A DNA stretch of 64,000 nt from a bacterium (GTDB lineage: Bacteria; Acidobacteriota; Blastocatellia; HR10): NCBI GenBank assembly GCA_041640655.1, contig JBEPZV010000005.1:1-64000 (forward strand). Direction: 5' to 3'. The notes beneath the pieces are model-generated. The model was not told where the DNA came from. It did no database searches and saw only the letters and a list, made by a program, of their open reading frames with translations. Position numbers and translations under genes: made by a program. Of the stretch, positions 30,749-43,718 are shown piece by piece (positions within the stretch are counted from its first letter, which is position 1; every line of letters starts with the position of its first letter).

Positions 30749-31975
30749 ATGCGGCGTGCGAAGCTACTCGCCCTGGGCCTGATCATCGCGGGCTTCGGCC
30801 TGGGGCTCGGTGGGGCGAGGGCCACGTCCCCCGTCCCGCAGAAGTTTCAGATTCGCATCCCCTTGGGGATCCCGGCCGACCTCTGGGAGATGATGATCCC
30901 GGCGGATAATCCGATGACCGAGGCCAAGGTGGCCCTCGGTCGCGATCTCTATTTCGAGAAGCGGCTCTCGGTGGACAACACCGTCAGTTGCGCGACCTGT
31001 CACGATCCGCGGTTCGCGTTCACCGACGGCAAGCCGGTCTCCGAAGGGGTGGGCGGGAAAAAAGGCGCGCGCAACGCGCCGACGGTCTTGAACGCCATGT
31101 TCAATGAGGAGCAGTTCTGGGATGGGCGGGTGAAGACCCTCGAGGAGCAGGTCCTGCAACCGCTCATCAATCCCGTCGAGATGGCCATGCCCTCGCATGA
31201 GGCGGTCGTCGCCAAGGTGCGGGGGATTCCCGAATACGCGCAGCGCTTCCGGGAGGTCTTCGGCGGTCCCAATCCCGTGACCATCGAGAACATCGCGAAG
31301 GCGATCGCGGCCTTCGAGCGCACGCTCCTTTCGGGAGATTCACCCTTTGACCGCTTCATGGCGGGTGATCCCAAGGCGATCAGCGAGGCGGCCAAACGCG
31401 GATGGGAACTCTTCAAAGGGAAAGCCCGCTGCATCACCTGCCATGAGTTCAACCCTTCCTCGCCCTTCTTCACCGACTTCAAGTACCACAACATCGGCAT
31501 CGGCATGAAGGCCACGCGGAATTTCGAAGCGCTCGCGCGGCAGATTCAACAGATGGCGCAGGAGAATCGGCTGACGAAGGAGGCCTTAGATCGGCTCGCC
31601 CTCACCGAGGGCTTCTCCGAATTGGGCCGATTTCTCGTGACGCGTCAGCCCAAGGACGTGGGCGCGTTCAAGACCTCGCCGTTGCGCGACATCGAGCTGA
31701 CGGCTCCTTACATGCACGATGGGAGTCTGAAGACGCTCCGCGAGGTGATTGATTTCTACGACAAAGGGGGTGAGCCCAATCCGAATCTCGATGGCGGGAT
31801 TGTGAAGCTCAATCTCACCGAGCAGGAGAAGGCGGATTTGGAGGAATTCCTGAAGAGTTTGACCAGTGATTGGGTGCGGCGGGTCGCTCGCGGAGAGATC
31901 AAGCTGGCCGCCGAGCCCACTTCCGGGAATCCGACGCCGACGGTGGCGCGCGGTTCTCGGTCTTGGAGGAGGTGA
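30749..31975 (+). CDS. Diheme cytochrome c peroxidase/MauG-family protein
   Basis: Signal peptide; CATCH and CITCH; RNAPT, QFWDGR, FKT.PLR, TAPYMHDG. Confidence 0.93.
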   Translation: MRRAKLLALGLIIAGFGLGLGGARATSPVPQKFQIRIPLGIPADLWEMMIPADNPMTEAKVALGRDLYFEKRLSVDNTVSCATCHDPRFAFTDGKPVSEGVGGKKGARNAPTVLNAMFNEEQFWDGRVKTLEEQVLQPLINPVEMAMPSHEAVVAKVRGIPEYAQRFREVFGGPNPVTIENIAKAIAAFERTLLSGDSPFDRFMAGDPKAISEAAKRGWELFKGKARCITCHEFNPSSPFFTDFKYHNIGIGMKATRNFEALARQIQQMAQENRLTKEALDRLALTEGFSELGRFLVTRQPKDVGAFKTSPLRDIELTAPYMHDGSLKTLREVIDFYDKGGEPNPNLDGGIVKLNLTEQEKADLEEFLKSLTSDWVRRVARGEIKLAAEPTSGNPTPTVARGSRSWRR

Positions 31976-31980
31976 TCGTT

Positions 31981-33105
31981 ATGTGGCCCTTGAAATGGAA
32001 GAAGCGAGAACAGGAATATCGTCAGCAGCGCGAGGAGTTCTTCGAGGCCGTGAAGCGACTCAACCGCCGAGAGTTCATGAAGATCGCCGGTCTGTCGGCG
32101 GCGGTCTTCACGGCGAAGCAGGTCGTTCCCCCCCATTCGTTCCAAGTCGTGGACGTCGTGCGGGCCGATCCGCAGGAGAAGCCGCTCTTCCGCTTCGCCT
32201 ACATCTCCGACACGCATCTCTATGAGCGGGAGTTGAACGAGCGCTTCGTCAACGCGGCGCTTCGGGCCGTGCGCGACGTCAATGCGCTGGATCCGCCTCC
32301 TGATTTCGTCCTCTTCGGAGGGGATCTGGCGCAGCTCGGACAACCGAAGGAGTTGGAGTTGGGGAAGCAAATCCTGAGCGAGCTGAAGGTGCCCGTGAAG
32401 ATGATGGTCGGCGAGCATGATTGGTTCCTCGATATGGGCGAGAAGTGGCGTGAGCTGTTCGGGCCCGAGAATTACTCGTTCGACCACAAGGGGGTGCACT
32501 TCATCGTCCTGATGAGCGTGAACGAGAAGGACTTCTGGACCGAGCGGAAGATGACGCCGATGGAGCGCATGCTCACGGTCGCGCAGCTCGACAATCCCAT
32601 CCAGAGTCGGTTCGAGGTGGGCGAAGAAGGGCGCGAGTGGCTGCGGCGCGATCTGGCGCGGGTCTCCAAGGACACGCCCATCATCATCTTCTCCCACTCG
32701 CCGCTCTACAAGTACTATCGCCCGTGGAACTTCTGGACCGAGGACGCCGAGGCGATTCACGAGATGCTCTTCCCCTTCAAGTCGGTGACGGTCATTCACG
32801 GCCACACGCATCAGCTGCTGACTCATCGGATTCAGAACATTCACTTCCACGGGATGCTCTCGACGGCGTGGCCGTGGCCTTACGCTCCGGAGGGCTTGCC
32901 CAAGTTGACCGTGCCCATGGAGCGGCCCGATCCCTTCGATGAGGCCGATGGGACGGGGTGGGGCACGGTGGACGTGCATCGTGATGGCTATGTGGACAAG
33001 CACTACAACCTCTGGAGCCGAAATCCGATCACGGTCGCCAAGGCATATCTGGAATCGTGGGGCAAGGAGGCCGTCCCTCCGATTCCCGAATTTCCACCGT
33101 ATTAG
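31981..33105 (+). CDS. Calcineurin-like metallophosphoesterase with Tat-type signal
   Basis: NRREFMK; DTH, GGDL, GEHD, SHSP, HGHTH. Confidence 0.9.
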   Translation: MWPLKWKKREQEYRQQREEFFEAVKRLNRREFMKIAGLSAAVFTAKQVVPPHSFQVVDVVRADPQEKPLFRFAYISDTHLYERELNERFVNAALRAVRDVNALDPPPDFVLFGGDLAQLGQPKELELGKQILSELKVPVKMMVGEHDWFLDMGEKWRELFGPENYSFDHKGVHFIVLMSVNEKDFWTERKMTPMERMLTVAQLDNPIQSRFEVGEEGREWLRRDLARVSKDTPIIIFSHSPLYKYYRPWNFWTEDAEAIHEMLFPFKSVTVIHGHTHQLLTHRIQNIHFHGMLSTAWPWPYAPEGLPKLTVPMERPDPFDEADGTGWGTVDVHRDGYVDKHYNLWSRNPITVAKAYLESWGKEAVPPIPEFPPY

Positions 33106-33118
33106 ATGGGAGGAGGCG

Positions 33119-33724
33119 ATGAGGACAGCGAAATGGTTTCTCCTGGTCGCGGGGATTCTGGGGATCGCGCTTGTCGCGACATCGTGGGATCGGTCGGCCG
33201 CCGGCGCGCAGGAGTCGAAGCCATCCGGCGGCTCCGATCGCCTCGTCGTGCAGCTCTGTGATGGCGAGACGAAATTGGAGATCGCCGATGCGCGCGCGGG
33301 CGAGGTCCTGCCGCCCGAGAAAGCGCGCGAAGTGGCGCGCCGCATGATGGCCGCCTACGCCGAACAGCAGGCCAAGCAAGTCTCCAAATGGACGGCGCGC
33401 GATCGCTTGACGTGGGAGCGCGAGCAGAAGCGCGTGATCGAGGAGGGGTACAAGCTCTTCCATGATTGGAAGGCGCTGGGGGGCACCATCGGCATCTCCT
33501 GCGATATGTGCCATCCAGATGCGGCGGCGACGCATCCGGAGACCTATCCGAAGTTCCAGACCCAGCTCAAGCGCGTGGCCACCTTGCGCGACATGATCAA
33601 CTGGTGCATCGAGAATCCCATGAAGGGGAAGCCCCTGCCGCCGGACGATCCGCGCATGATCGCGCTCGAAGCCTATATCACGAGCACGCGCAAGGGCGTG
33701 CCACTCGAGCCTGGGAAACATTGA
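33119..33724 (+). CDS. Exported monoheme cytochrome c, TsdA/SoxA-like domain
   Basis: Signal peptide; CDMCH; YPKF...LRDMINWCIENPMKG...MIALEAY. Confidence 0.85.
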   Translation: MRTAKWFLLVAGILGIALVATSWDRSAAGAQESKPSGGSDRLVVQLCDGETKLEIADARAGEVLPPEKAREVARRMMAAYAEQQAKQVSKWTARDRLTWEREQKRVIEEGYKLFHDWKALGGTIGISCDMCHPDAAATHPETYPKFQTQLKRVATLRDMINWCIENPMKGKPLPPDDPRMIALEAYITSTRKGVPLEPGKH

Positions 33725-33729
33725 CGCTC

Positions 33730-33764
33730 GAAGGGCTCGGCGCGCGCTCGCGCCGGGGCCCTTT
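33730..33764. terminator. GC-rich hairpin between convergent genes
   Basis: gaagggctcggcgcg-cgct-cgcgccggggcccttt. Confidence 0.55.
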
Positions 33765-33833
33765 CAGGCGTGTGAGCGGAATAGGGACCCGACGGGGCGC
33801 GCGCGGCCTCTGGGCTATTTGTCGGGCGGAATC

Positions 33834-33852
33834 GCCGACCGGCCCGGTCGGC
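33834..33852 (-). promoter_or_regulatory. SECIS-like hairpin for U74
   Basis: gccgaccg-ggc-cggtcggc perfect 8-bp stem starting 11 nt after UGA 33866-33864. Confidence 0.7.
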
Positions 33853-33854
33853 CT

Positions 33855-34085
33855 TCACACCCCTCAGGTCCCTCCGAAGCCGATGGTCACCCGCTCGCCT
33901 TCCACGATCACGGGCACGCTGCGCTTGCCCCCCGAATAGTGGAGCATGCGTTGGAAGGCCGACTCGTCCTTCTGCACGTTGAAGTAGTGGACGTCGTATC
34001 CGCGTTGGCCGTAGTCCTCACGGGCGGCCGTCGTATACGGTCAGGTGTCTTTGCCGAAGATGAGCACGATCTTCTTCTGCTCCAT
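33855..34085 (-). CDS. UXX-star family glutaredoxin-like selenoprotein with two Sec (U15, U74); absent from ORF track
   Basis: MEQKKIVLIFGKDT-U-PYTTAAREDYGQRGYDVHYFNVQKDESAFQRMLHYSGGKRSVPVIVEGERVTIGFGGT-U-GV*; GGAGGTGAGGAG SD; glutaredoxin VP motif continues across the UGA. Confidence 0.9.
34007..34029 (-). promoter_or_regulatory. SECIS-like hairpin for U15
   Basis: ggccg-cccgtgaggacta-cggcc starting 11 nt after UGA 34043-34041. Confidence 0.55.
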
Positions 34086-34117
34086 CACTCCTCACCTCCG
34101 CTTCCCAGGCATCTGGC

Positions 34118-37348
<3,231 letters not shown>

Positions 37349-37443
37349 AGCCCCCGTTCGCGCGAATGGAGAGTATGGCGTATTGTGGCTCGAGAGAGCA
37401 AGAGGAAGGGCGGATCCTGATCTGGGCGGTTTCCATTCCCTTA

Positions 37444-37473
37444 TTGACAAATCAGGCCGCTTTATGCTATCTA
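37444..37473 (+). promoter_or_regulatory. Putative sigma70 promoter for the MltD-like gene
   Basis: TTGACA followed by TG-c-TATCTA. Confidence 0.5.
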
Positions 37474-37541
37474 GTGGCGCTGCCATGAAGATACGGAAGC
37501 GCCGGTTGTGGTCTTTTTTTCTGCCGCGAGGGGAAGAGCAT

Positions 37542-39404
37542 ATGTTACGACGGGTCGTCAGCGGACTCATCGGGATACAGCTTGGCCTTTTTTCGAGCGT
37601 CGCGGCCTTGTCGCCGGTGAGGGGGGAGTTCGAGGCTCGCGCTGCGGCTGCGCCACAGGGGGAGCTGCGCCCGGAAGCCTCTCCGCCATCGGCTCAGGAG
37701 GCGCAGCTCCATGCCCTCATTCAGCGCGCTGAGGCTCTGTTTCGACAAGGGGAGGCGGCCTACCGCCAGGGGGATTTCGTGCGCGCGCGCGAGGCGTTCG
37801 ATCGCGCGGTGGACGTGATCTTGGAGGCGCGCGTGAACGTGTCCGCCTATCCGCAGCTCCTGGCGTACTATCGTTCGCTGATCGAGCGCATCCACGCTTA
37901 TCAATTGGAAGCCGCCATGCAGGGCGCGGAGTTCCGACAACAGTATGAGCCGTCGCTCTTGGAGGAGCTGGCCAAGATCGAGTTGGGGAGAGAAGACATC
38001 GAGGCAGGGGCGCGCGAGACGGAGGAGATCACGCTGGACTTTCCGGTGACGATCACCCCTGAAGTCCGGCAGTTCATCCACTACTTCACGCGGAACCCCA
38101 AAGGGCGGGCGACGATGGAGGTGGGCTTGCGGCGCGCCGGGCGATATCTGGAGTTGGCGCGGCGCATCTTCCAGGAGGAAGGGGTCCCGCTGGACCTGGT
38201 GTGGCTGGCTCAGGCCGAGAGCAATTGGCGCCCCCATGCCCGCTCTCCGATGAATGCGCAGGGGATTTGGCAGTTCATTCCGGGGACGGGGGCCAAGTAT
38301 GGATTGCGGCAGACCAGTTGGCTGGACGAACGTTCCGGGCTGGAGCAGCCCACGCGCGCCGCCGCCCGCTACTTGAAGTTCCTCTATGAGCGCTACTTGG
38401 ATTGGCCCCTGGCCCTGGCCGCCTATAACTGTGGGGAGGCGACCGTGGATCGAGCGATCGCCGCCTCCGGATATGCCGATTTCTGGTATCTGCACCGCAA
38501 TCGCCTGCTGCCGGCTGAGACCCGCAATTATGTTCCCATCATCTTGGCGATCATCGCGATCGCGAAGAATCCGGAGCGCTACGGCTTCACCGACATTGAG
38601 CCGGAGCCGACTCTGGAGTATGAGACCGTGCCCGTCCAAGGACCGATTGACGTGCGCTTGATCGCCGAGGCAGTAGGCACGACGCCCGAGCACATCCGTG
38701 ACCTCAATCCCGAACTCAAGCGTGGATACGTGCCGCTGGGAGAGACCTACACGGTGCGTGTGCCGGTGGGTACGGGCGAGCAGCTGATCGCCCTGCTGGA
38801 GCGTGTGCCCGTGGGGAATCGAGATTCTTGGCGCATCCACAGCGTCGCGGAAGGGGAGACGCTTCAGAGCATCGCCGAGGAACATCGCGTGAGCGCCGAA
38901 GAGATCGCGCGGGTGAACGATTTGGGGGCTGAAGCGAGGCTCCCGGCGGGCACGCGACTGATCATCCCGACGTCGGTGCGGCGCCAGCCTCTCAGGAGCG
39001 TGCCGGGCGTAGAGCTGGCGCGCCTCTCGGTCGTACGCCTGACCATCCGCGTGCGTCCGGGAGATACGATGACGCGCATCGCGGCGCGCTACGGCCTCTC
39101 GGCTCGTGATATCGCGCGCCTCAACGGCCTGAGCCCGCGAGCGAAATTGCGCGCTGGTCAAACGCTGGTCATCGCCGTGCCCTCGGAGCGAGTGAAACGA
39201 TCGAACGTGTCCAGGACGTCTTCTCGAACCAAGAGTCTCGCTCCCGCGCGCGGACGTCGCTTTACATATCGCGTGCGTCCTGGGGATACGCTCCTGGAGA
39301 TCGCCAATCGGTATGAGGTGACAGTCGCTGATCTTCGTCGGTGGAACCGCCTCTCGGGCGACCTCATCAAACCCGGACAGATCTTGGTGATCTATCGGCA
39401 GTGA
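37542..39404 (+). CDS. Membrane-bound lytic murein transglycosylase D-like (SLT + LysM repeats)
   Basis: [23 protein letters not shown]; three LysM-like repeats (GETL, PGDTM, PGDTL). Confidence 0.93.
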   Translation: MLRRVVSGLIGIQLGLFSSVAALSPVRGEFEARAAAAPQGELRPEASPPSAQEAQLHALIQRAEALFRQGEAAYRQGDFVRAREAFDRAVDVILEARVNVSAYPQLLAYYRSLIERIHAYQLEAAMQGAEFRQQYEPSLLEELAKIELGREDIEAGARETEEITLDFPVTITPEVRQFIHYFTRNPKGRATMEVGLRRAGRYLELARRIFQEEGVPLDLVWLAQAESNWRPHARSPMNAQGIWQFIPGTGAKYGLRQTSWLDERSGLEQPTRAAARYLKFLYERYLDWPLALAAYNCGEATVDRAIAASGYADFWYLHRNRLLPAETRNYVPIILAIIAIAKNPERYGFTDIEPEPTLEYETVPVQGPIDVRLIAEAVGTTPEHIRDLNPELKRGYVPLGETYTVRVPVGTGEQLIALLERVPVGNRDSWRIHSVAEGETLQSIAEEHRVSAEEIARVNDLGAEARLPAGTRLIIPTSVRRQPLRSVPGVELARLSVVRLTIRVRPGDTMTRIAARYGLSARDIARLNGLSPRAKLRAGQTLVIAVPSERVKRSNVSRTSSRTKSLAPARGRRFTYRVRPGDTLLEIANRYEVTVADLRRWNRLSGDLIKPGQILVIYRQ

Positions 39405-41188
39405 GGGCGTTCCTTCTCTCTGTCAAGGCATTGGCGGAGGGCGTGCGCCAGTGACCGCAGATCATAGGGCTTCAGGAGCCATCCGTCGGCCGCCTCCCAA
39501 GGGAAGTCTTTGAGCTGATCCTTCGAGCCGTAGCCCGTCATGGCGAGAATCCGCACCTGCGGATTGATCCGGCGTAATTCCTCAAGGACGCGAGCACCGC
39601 TGATCTCCGGCAGTACGACGTCCAGGAGGACGAGCCGAATCTCCTCACGATGTCGGGCATAAACTTCAATGGTTTCTCGACCATCGCGCGCGATCCAGAC
39701 GCGGTAGCCGAGGCGCTCAAGCAGGCTCTGCCCGAGTTTCAAGATCGTCGGATCATCCTCGACGAGCAAGAGCGCCTCGCCACCTCCGGCGGGTATTTGC
39801 TCTTCTGCTTCAGCACTGGCGCCAGCTGCCGACTCTTCGGCAATGGGCCAAAAGATGTGAAAGCTCGTGCCCTGTCCCGGTTCGCTCTCGACCTCGATCC
39901 ATCCGCCATAAGAGTGGACGATCTCCCGGACGATGGAGAGACCGAGGCCGGTCCCCGTCCTCTTGGTTGTGAAGAAAGGGTCGAAGATGCGGGGGAGGAT
40001 GTCTGGGGCGATCCCGGCGCCTGTATCGCTGACGGAGAGGCGAACGTAGGGGCGGTGTTGCACACGTGTGCGAATCGGGGCGCGAAAAGTCTCTGGCCAC
40101 ACCCGTTCCGTATGCAGGCGAAGGCGTCCACCCTGCGGCATGGCATCGCGCGCGTTGAGGATGAGATTGAGCAGGACTTGCTGAACGTGGGTCGGATTGG
40201 CCTCTATGGTGATCGCTTCAGGAGCCAGGTCGAGTTCAATCTGGATACTCTCGGGGATCGTGCGACGCAGAAACGCCGTGAAGTCCTTCACAAGGGCATG
40301 AAGCGCGCACGTCCGTTCGGCGCTCTCCTCAGGGCGGCCCAGCAGCAACAATTGCCGCACCAGATCGCGCGCGCGTTGACTCAAGGTGAGAACCTGATGC
40401 AGGTGGAGGACGGTCTCTTCACGATCCCCACGCTCCGATCCCAGTTGCGCGAGCGCCAACTCCGTGAACCCCAGAATGCCCGTGAGCAGGTTGTTGAAAT
40501 CATGAGCGATGCCGGTCGTCAAGGCACCGAGCGCTTCCATCTTCTGCGCGTGCCGAAGCTTCCGGTGTAGTTGCTGAATGACCTCTTCGCGACGGCTTCG
40601 CTCCAGCTCCTTCGCCAGACAGCTTCCTATGAGCTCAAGCAGCGCGCGCTCGGTTTGGGTGAATTGCCGGGGCTCGGCGGCATAAACGGCCACGATGCCG
40701 AGGACTTCGCCACCGACGCGCTCTTTGAGCGGCAGGCCCAGATAGCACTCCGCCCTCCCGGTTCGCAGCACCTCATCCTGCGGGAAGAGCCTCCACGCAT
40801 TTCGATCACACGTATAGGGATGCCCCTCATCAAGGATTCGCTCGATCGGCGTCCCTTGAATGGGGAGCGTTCCATTATGCTCGATGAACCCGCCGCGATA
40901 CCAGCTCAAAACCTGAAGCGTTCGCGCATCTCCTTCATAACGGCCCAGGAGGACGCCGGAGACTCCAAGCAGCTCGGCCACGGCGGTCACAGCGCCATCA
41001 AAGAACGCCTGCCCTGGGCCGCAGCTCAGTATCCCGTGGATGCGCTCGAGCACTTTCACGACACCCGCATGTTCACTCATACATTCGAACGTTTTGTCTA
41101 TATGCTCCGCGAAGGTACTAATCTCACAACAGACTTCCCTCTCACGCGCTTGGCGATTTCTCTCGCTAATGTGGTCATATTGCCCCAC
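39392..41188 (-). CDS. Hybrid sensor histidine kinase (GAF-HisKA-HATPase-REC)
   Basis: GIAHDFNNLL, NARDAM, DTGAG, PFFTTK, GTGLGL, LLVEDD, LLDVVLP, LKPY. Confidence 0.95.
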   Translation of the reverse strand: MGQYDHISERNRQAREREVCCEISTFAEHIDKTFECMSEHAGVVKVLERIHGILSCGPGQAFFDGAVTAVAELLGVSGVLLGRYEGDARTLQVLSWYRGGFIEHNGTLPIQGTPIERILDEGHPYTCDRNAWRLFPQDEVLRTGRAECYLGLPLKERVGGEVLGIVAVYAAEPRQFTQTERALLELIGSCLAKELERSRREEVIQQLHRKLRHAQKMEALGALTTGIAHDFNNLLTGILGFTELALAQLGSERGDREETVLHLHQVLTLSQRARDLVRQLLLLGRPEESAERTCALHALVKDFTAFLRRTIPESIQIELDLAPEAITIEANPTHVQQVLLNLILNARDAMPQGGRLRLHTERVWPETFRAPIRTRVQHRPYVRLSVSDTGAGIAPDILPRIFDPFFTTKRTGTGLGLSIVREIVHSYGGWIEVESEPGQGTSFHIFWPIAEESAAGASAEAEEQIPAGGGEALLLVEDDPTILKLGQSLLERLGYRVWIARDGRETIEVYARHREEIRLVLLDVVLPEISGARVLEELRRINPQVRILAMTGYGSKDQLKDFPWEAADGWLLKPYDLRSLAHALRQCLDREKERPHCR

Positions 41189-41194
41189 TTTCTG

Positions 41195-42157
41195 TCATGT
41201 CTTCGAGGTGAGGATTTCCGCGAGGCGCGTGGGAGCGATATTCCCCCCGCTCAGGAGGGCGACGGTCGGACCCTGTGGAGTCACGCGTCCTGAGCGGAGC
41301 GCGGCAATACCGACGGCTCCCGAGGGCTCGACGACGAGCTTCTCCTCGCGCGCGAGCCAAGCGACAGCTTCTGCGACCGCTTCGTCGGTGACCAGGACGA
41401 TGTCGTCCACGTATCGTTGGATGAGCGAGAACATGAGCGTCCCTGGGCGCGTGGCCGTCAGCGCATCGCAGATGGTGCGGGTCTCGGGGATCGAGACGAT
41501 CGTCCCGGCCTTGAAAGAGAGATAGGTAGCATTGGAGCCCTCCGGTTGAACGCCGATGACCGAAGCGCGAGGATTTCGTTCCTTCACAGCGAGTGCGATG
41601 CCGGCGATCAATCCTCCGGTGCTGATAGGCACGAGGATGGTCAACGTCTCCGGGAGTTGCTCCAGGATCTCGGCTCCGATCGTGCCGTGCCCGATGACGA
41701 CGTTGGGGTCCTCCAGATGGTTGATCGCGATGAGCCCGCGTTCGGTCTCCAATCGCCGCAGCGTCTCAAAGCGCGCTTCGAATCGGTCTTCGCACCAGAC
41801 GATCTCCCCGCCGAAGCGAGCCGTGCGCTCGGCTTTGAAGGGGGACGTCTTGCGCATCATCACCAGAACCGTAGGGACGCCGAGCTGCTGGCCCATGTAG
41901 GCGAAGGCCGTGGCGAAGTTGCCCGAGGACGTGAGGGCGACGCCACGCCGTCGCGCGTCCTCGCCCAGGCGATGGAGCAGGGTGAAAGCCGCGCGCGCCT
42001 TGTAACTCCCTGTGATCTGCAGGTTCTCGCATTTCAACCAGATCGGATGGCCGAATGTGGCCGACAGCTCTTCGCTCCGAAGAAGCGGCGTTCGCCGAAT
42101 ATAGGGCGGAAGCTCCGCGCGCGCCCGCTCGATGTCAGACCCGGTGACCTCGCTCAT
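41195..42157 (-). CDS. PLP-dependent threonine/serine dehydratase or serine racemase family
   Basis: KCENLQITGSYKAR, SSGN, GGLIAG, VEPSGA, LSGGN. Confidence 0.92.
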   Translation of the reverse strand: MSEVTGSDIERARAELPPYIRRTPLLRSEELSATFGHPIWLKCENLQITGSYKARAAFTLLHRLGEDARRRGVALTSSGNFATAFAYMGQQLGVPTVLVMMRKTSPFKAERTARFGGEIVWCEDRFEARFETLRRLETERGLIAINHLEDPNVVIGHGTIGAEILEQLPETLTILVPISTGGLIAGIALAVKERNPRASVIGVQPEGSNATYLSFKAGTIVSIPETRTICDALTATRPGTLMFSLIQRYVDDIVLVTDEAVAEAVAWLAREEKLVVEPSGAVGIAALRSGRVTPQGPTVALLSGGNIAPTRLAEILTSKT

Positions 42158-42347
42158 CGCTCTCCCTCCCGACGGGGCCGATTATACCACATCAGGTCGA
42201 AATCTTAGGGAACTTGCCCTCCCCATTCCGCGTTGATATGCTTGGTTCGCAGGTTATGAACGGAGGGCTTCCAGGAGGCGAGCCGCCTGGCGATCTTCGT
42301 CGAGTGTGGTTTCGCCTTCGGGAGGTGCCCGATCGGGAGGGGGACCG

Positions 42348-43718
42348 ATGAGCGTCCGAAAAAATCTTCGCACCTTTGTGGTGATCATCGCTTTAGCGAC
42401 CACCGCAGTGGCTCAGAGGCCGAAGGCCGTTAAGGTCAACTTCACGGACGTGCGCTTGGACAATGGCCTGCGGGTGATCTTGGTGGAGGATCACAGCGCG
42501 CCGGTCGTCTCGCTCTGCGTCACGTACAATGTGGGATCGCGCAACGAGCGTCCGGGACGTACGGGATTCGCGCACTTGTTCGAGCACATGATGTTTCAAG
42601 GTTCGGAGAACGTGGGCAAGGGCGAGCATTTCTACCTCATCTTCAACAACGGTGGGACGATGAACGGAACGACCAACGAAGAGCGGACGAATTACTTCCA
42701 GACGGTACCGGCCAATCAGCTCGATCTGGTGCTCTTTCTGGAGGCCGATCGCATGCGAAGCCTCGACGTGAGCCAGGAGAATCTCGACAATCAGCGGCAG
42801 GTCGTGCAGGAGGAGCGGCGGCTCGGCGTGGACAATCAGCCCTATGGGCGCAGTCGAGAGAAGTTGCAGGAGCTGCTCTACGACAACTTCGCCTACAAGC
42901 ATTCGGTCATTGGTTCGATGGCGGATCTCAACGCGGCGACGCTCGAGGACGTCCGGGAATTCTTTCGCATCTACTACGCCCCGAATAACGCCGTGTTGAC
43001 GCTCGTGGGGGATTTCCGGACAGCGGAAGCGCTGGCGAAGATCCGGCAGTATTTCGGGAAGATCCCGCGCCAGCCCAATCCTCCGCCGGTAGATGTGACC
43101 GAGCCCAGGTTGACGGCGGAACGGCGGGCGACGGTCGAGGATCCGCTGGCGCGGCTCCCGCGCCTGGACATCGCCTTCAAGACGGTGCCAGGGAATACGC
43201 CGGACTTCTACGCGCTTCAGATTCTGGCGAACGTCCTGCATGGTGGGCAGAGCTCGCGGCTCTATCAGAAGCTCGTGCGGGAGAAGGAGCTGGTGACGCA
43301 GGTCGGGGGATTCATGGACGAGAAACGCGGCCCGGGGGGATTTTACATCACGGCGACGCTCCGGCCGGGCAAGCGCGTGGAGGACGTCGAGGCGGTGATC
43401 GCCGAGGAGATCGAGCGCGTGCGACGCGAGCCCATCGCCGATTGGGAGTTGGCGAAGGCCAAGAATACGGCCCGCCGCGCCTTCATCAGCGCGATCGCCA
43501 GTTCGCTCTCGCGCGCCATCTTGCTCGGCCAATATGCCGTCTACTATGGCGATCCCAACCTGATCAACACCCGGCTTGATCGGCTCATGGCCGTCACCAA
43601 AGAGGATGTGCGGCGCGTGGCGGAGCGCTATTTGCGCCCGGACAATCGCGTCATCGTCATCACTATGCCCAAGGCCGCGCCGCTGCCCACATCCGGTCAG
43701 GAGGAGGGAGGACGATGA
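42348..43718 (+). CDS. M16 zinc peptidase, catalytic subunit
   Basis: GFAHLFEHMMF (HxxEH), NGTT, YYAPNNA. Confidence 0.95.
   Translation: MSVRKNLRTFVVIIALATTAVAQRPKAVKVNFTDVRLDNGLRVILVEDHSAPVVSLCVTYNVGSRNERPGRTGFAHLFEHMMFQGSENVGKGEHFYLIFNNGGTMNGTTNEERTNYFQTVPANQLDLVLFLEADRMRSLDVSQENLDNQRQVVQEERRLGVDNQPYGRSREKLQELLYDNFAYKHSVIGSMADLNAATLEDVREFFRIYYAPNNAVLTLVGDFRTAEALAKIRQYFGKIPRQPNPPPVDVTEPRLTAERRATVEDPLARLPRLDIAFKTVPGNTPDFYALQILANVLHGGQSSRLYQKLVREKELVTQVGGFMDEKRGPGGFYITATLRPGKRVEDVEAVIAEEIERVRREPIADWELAKAKNTARRAFISAIASSLSRAILLGQYAVYYGDPNLINTRLDRLMAVTKEDVRRVAERYLRPDNRVIVITMPKAAPLPTSGQEEGGR

Noticed and set aside
33855..34085. Pseudogene interpretation of the small ORF with internal stops
   Set aside because: Both stops are UGA at redox-type positions, with hairpins at identical spacing and an intact SD, which favours Sec recoding
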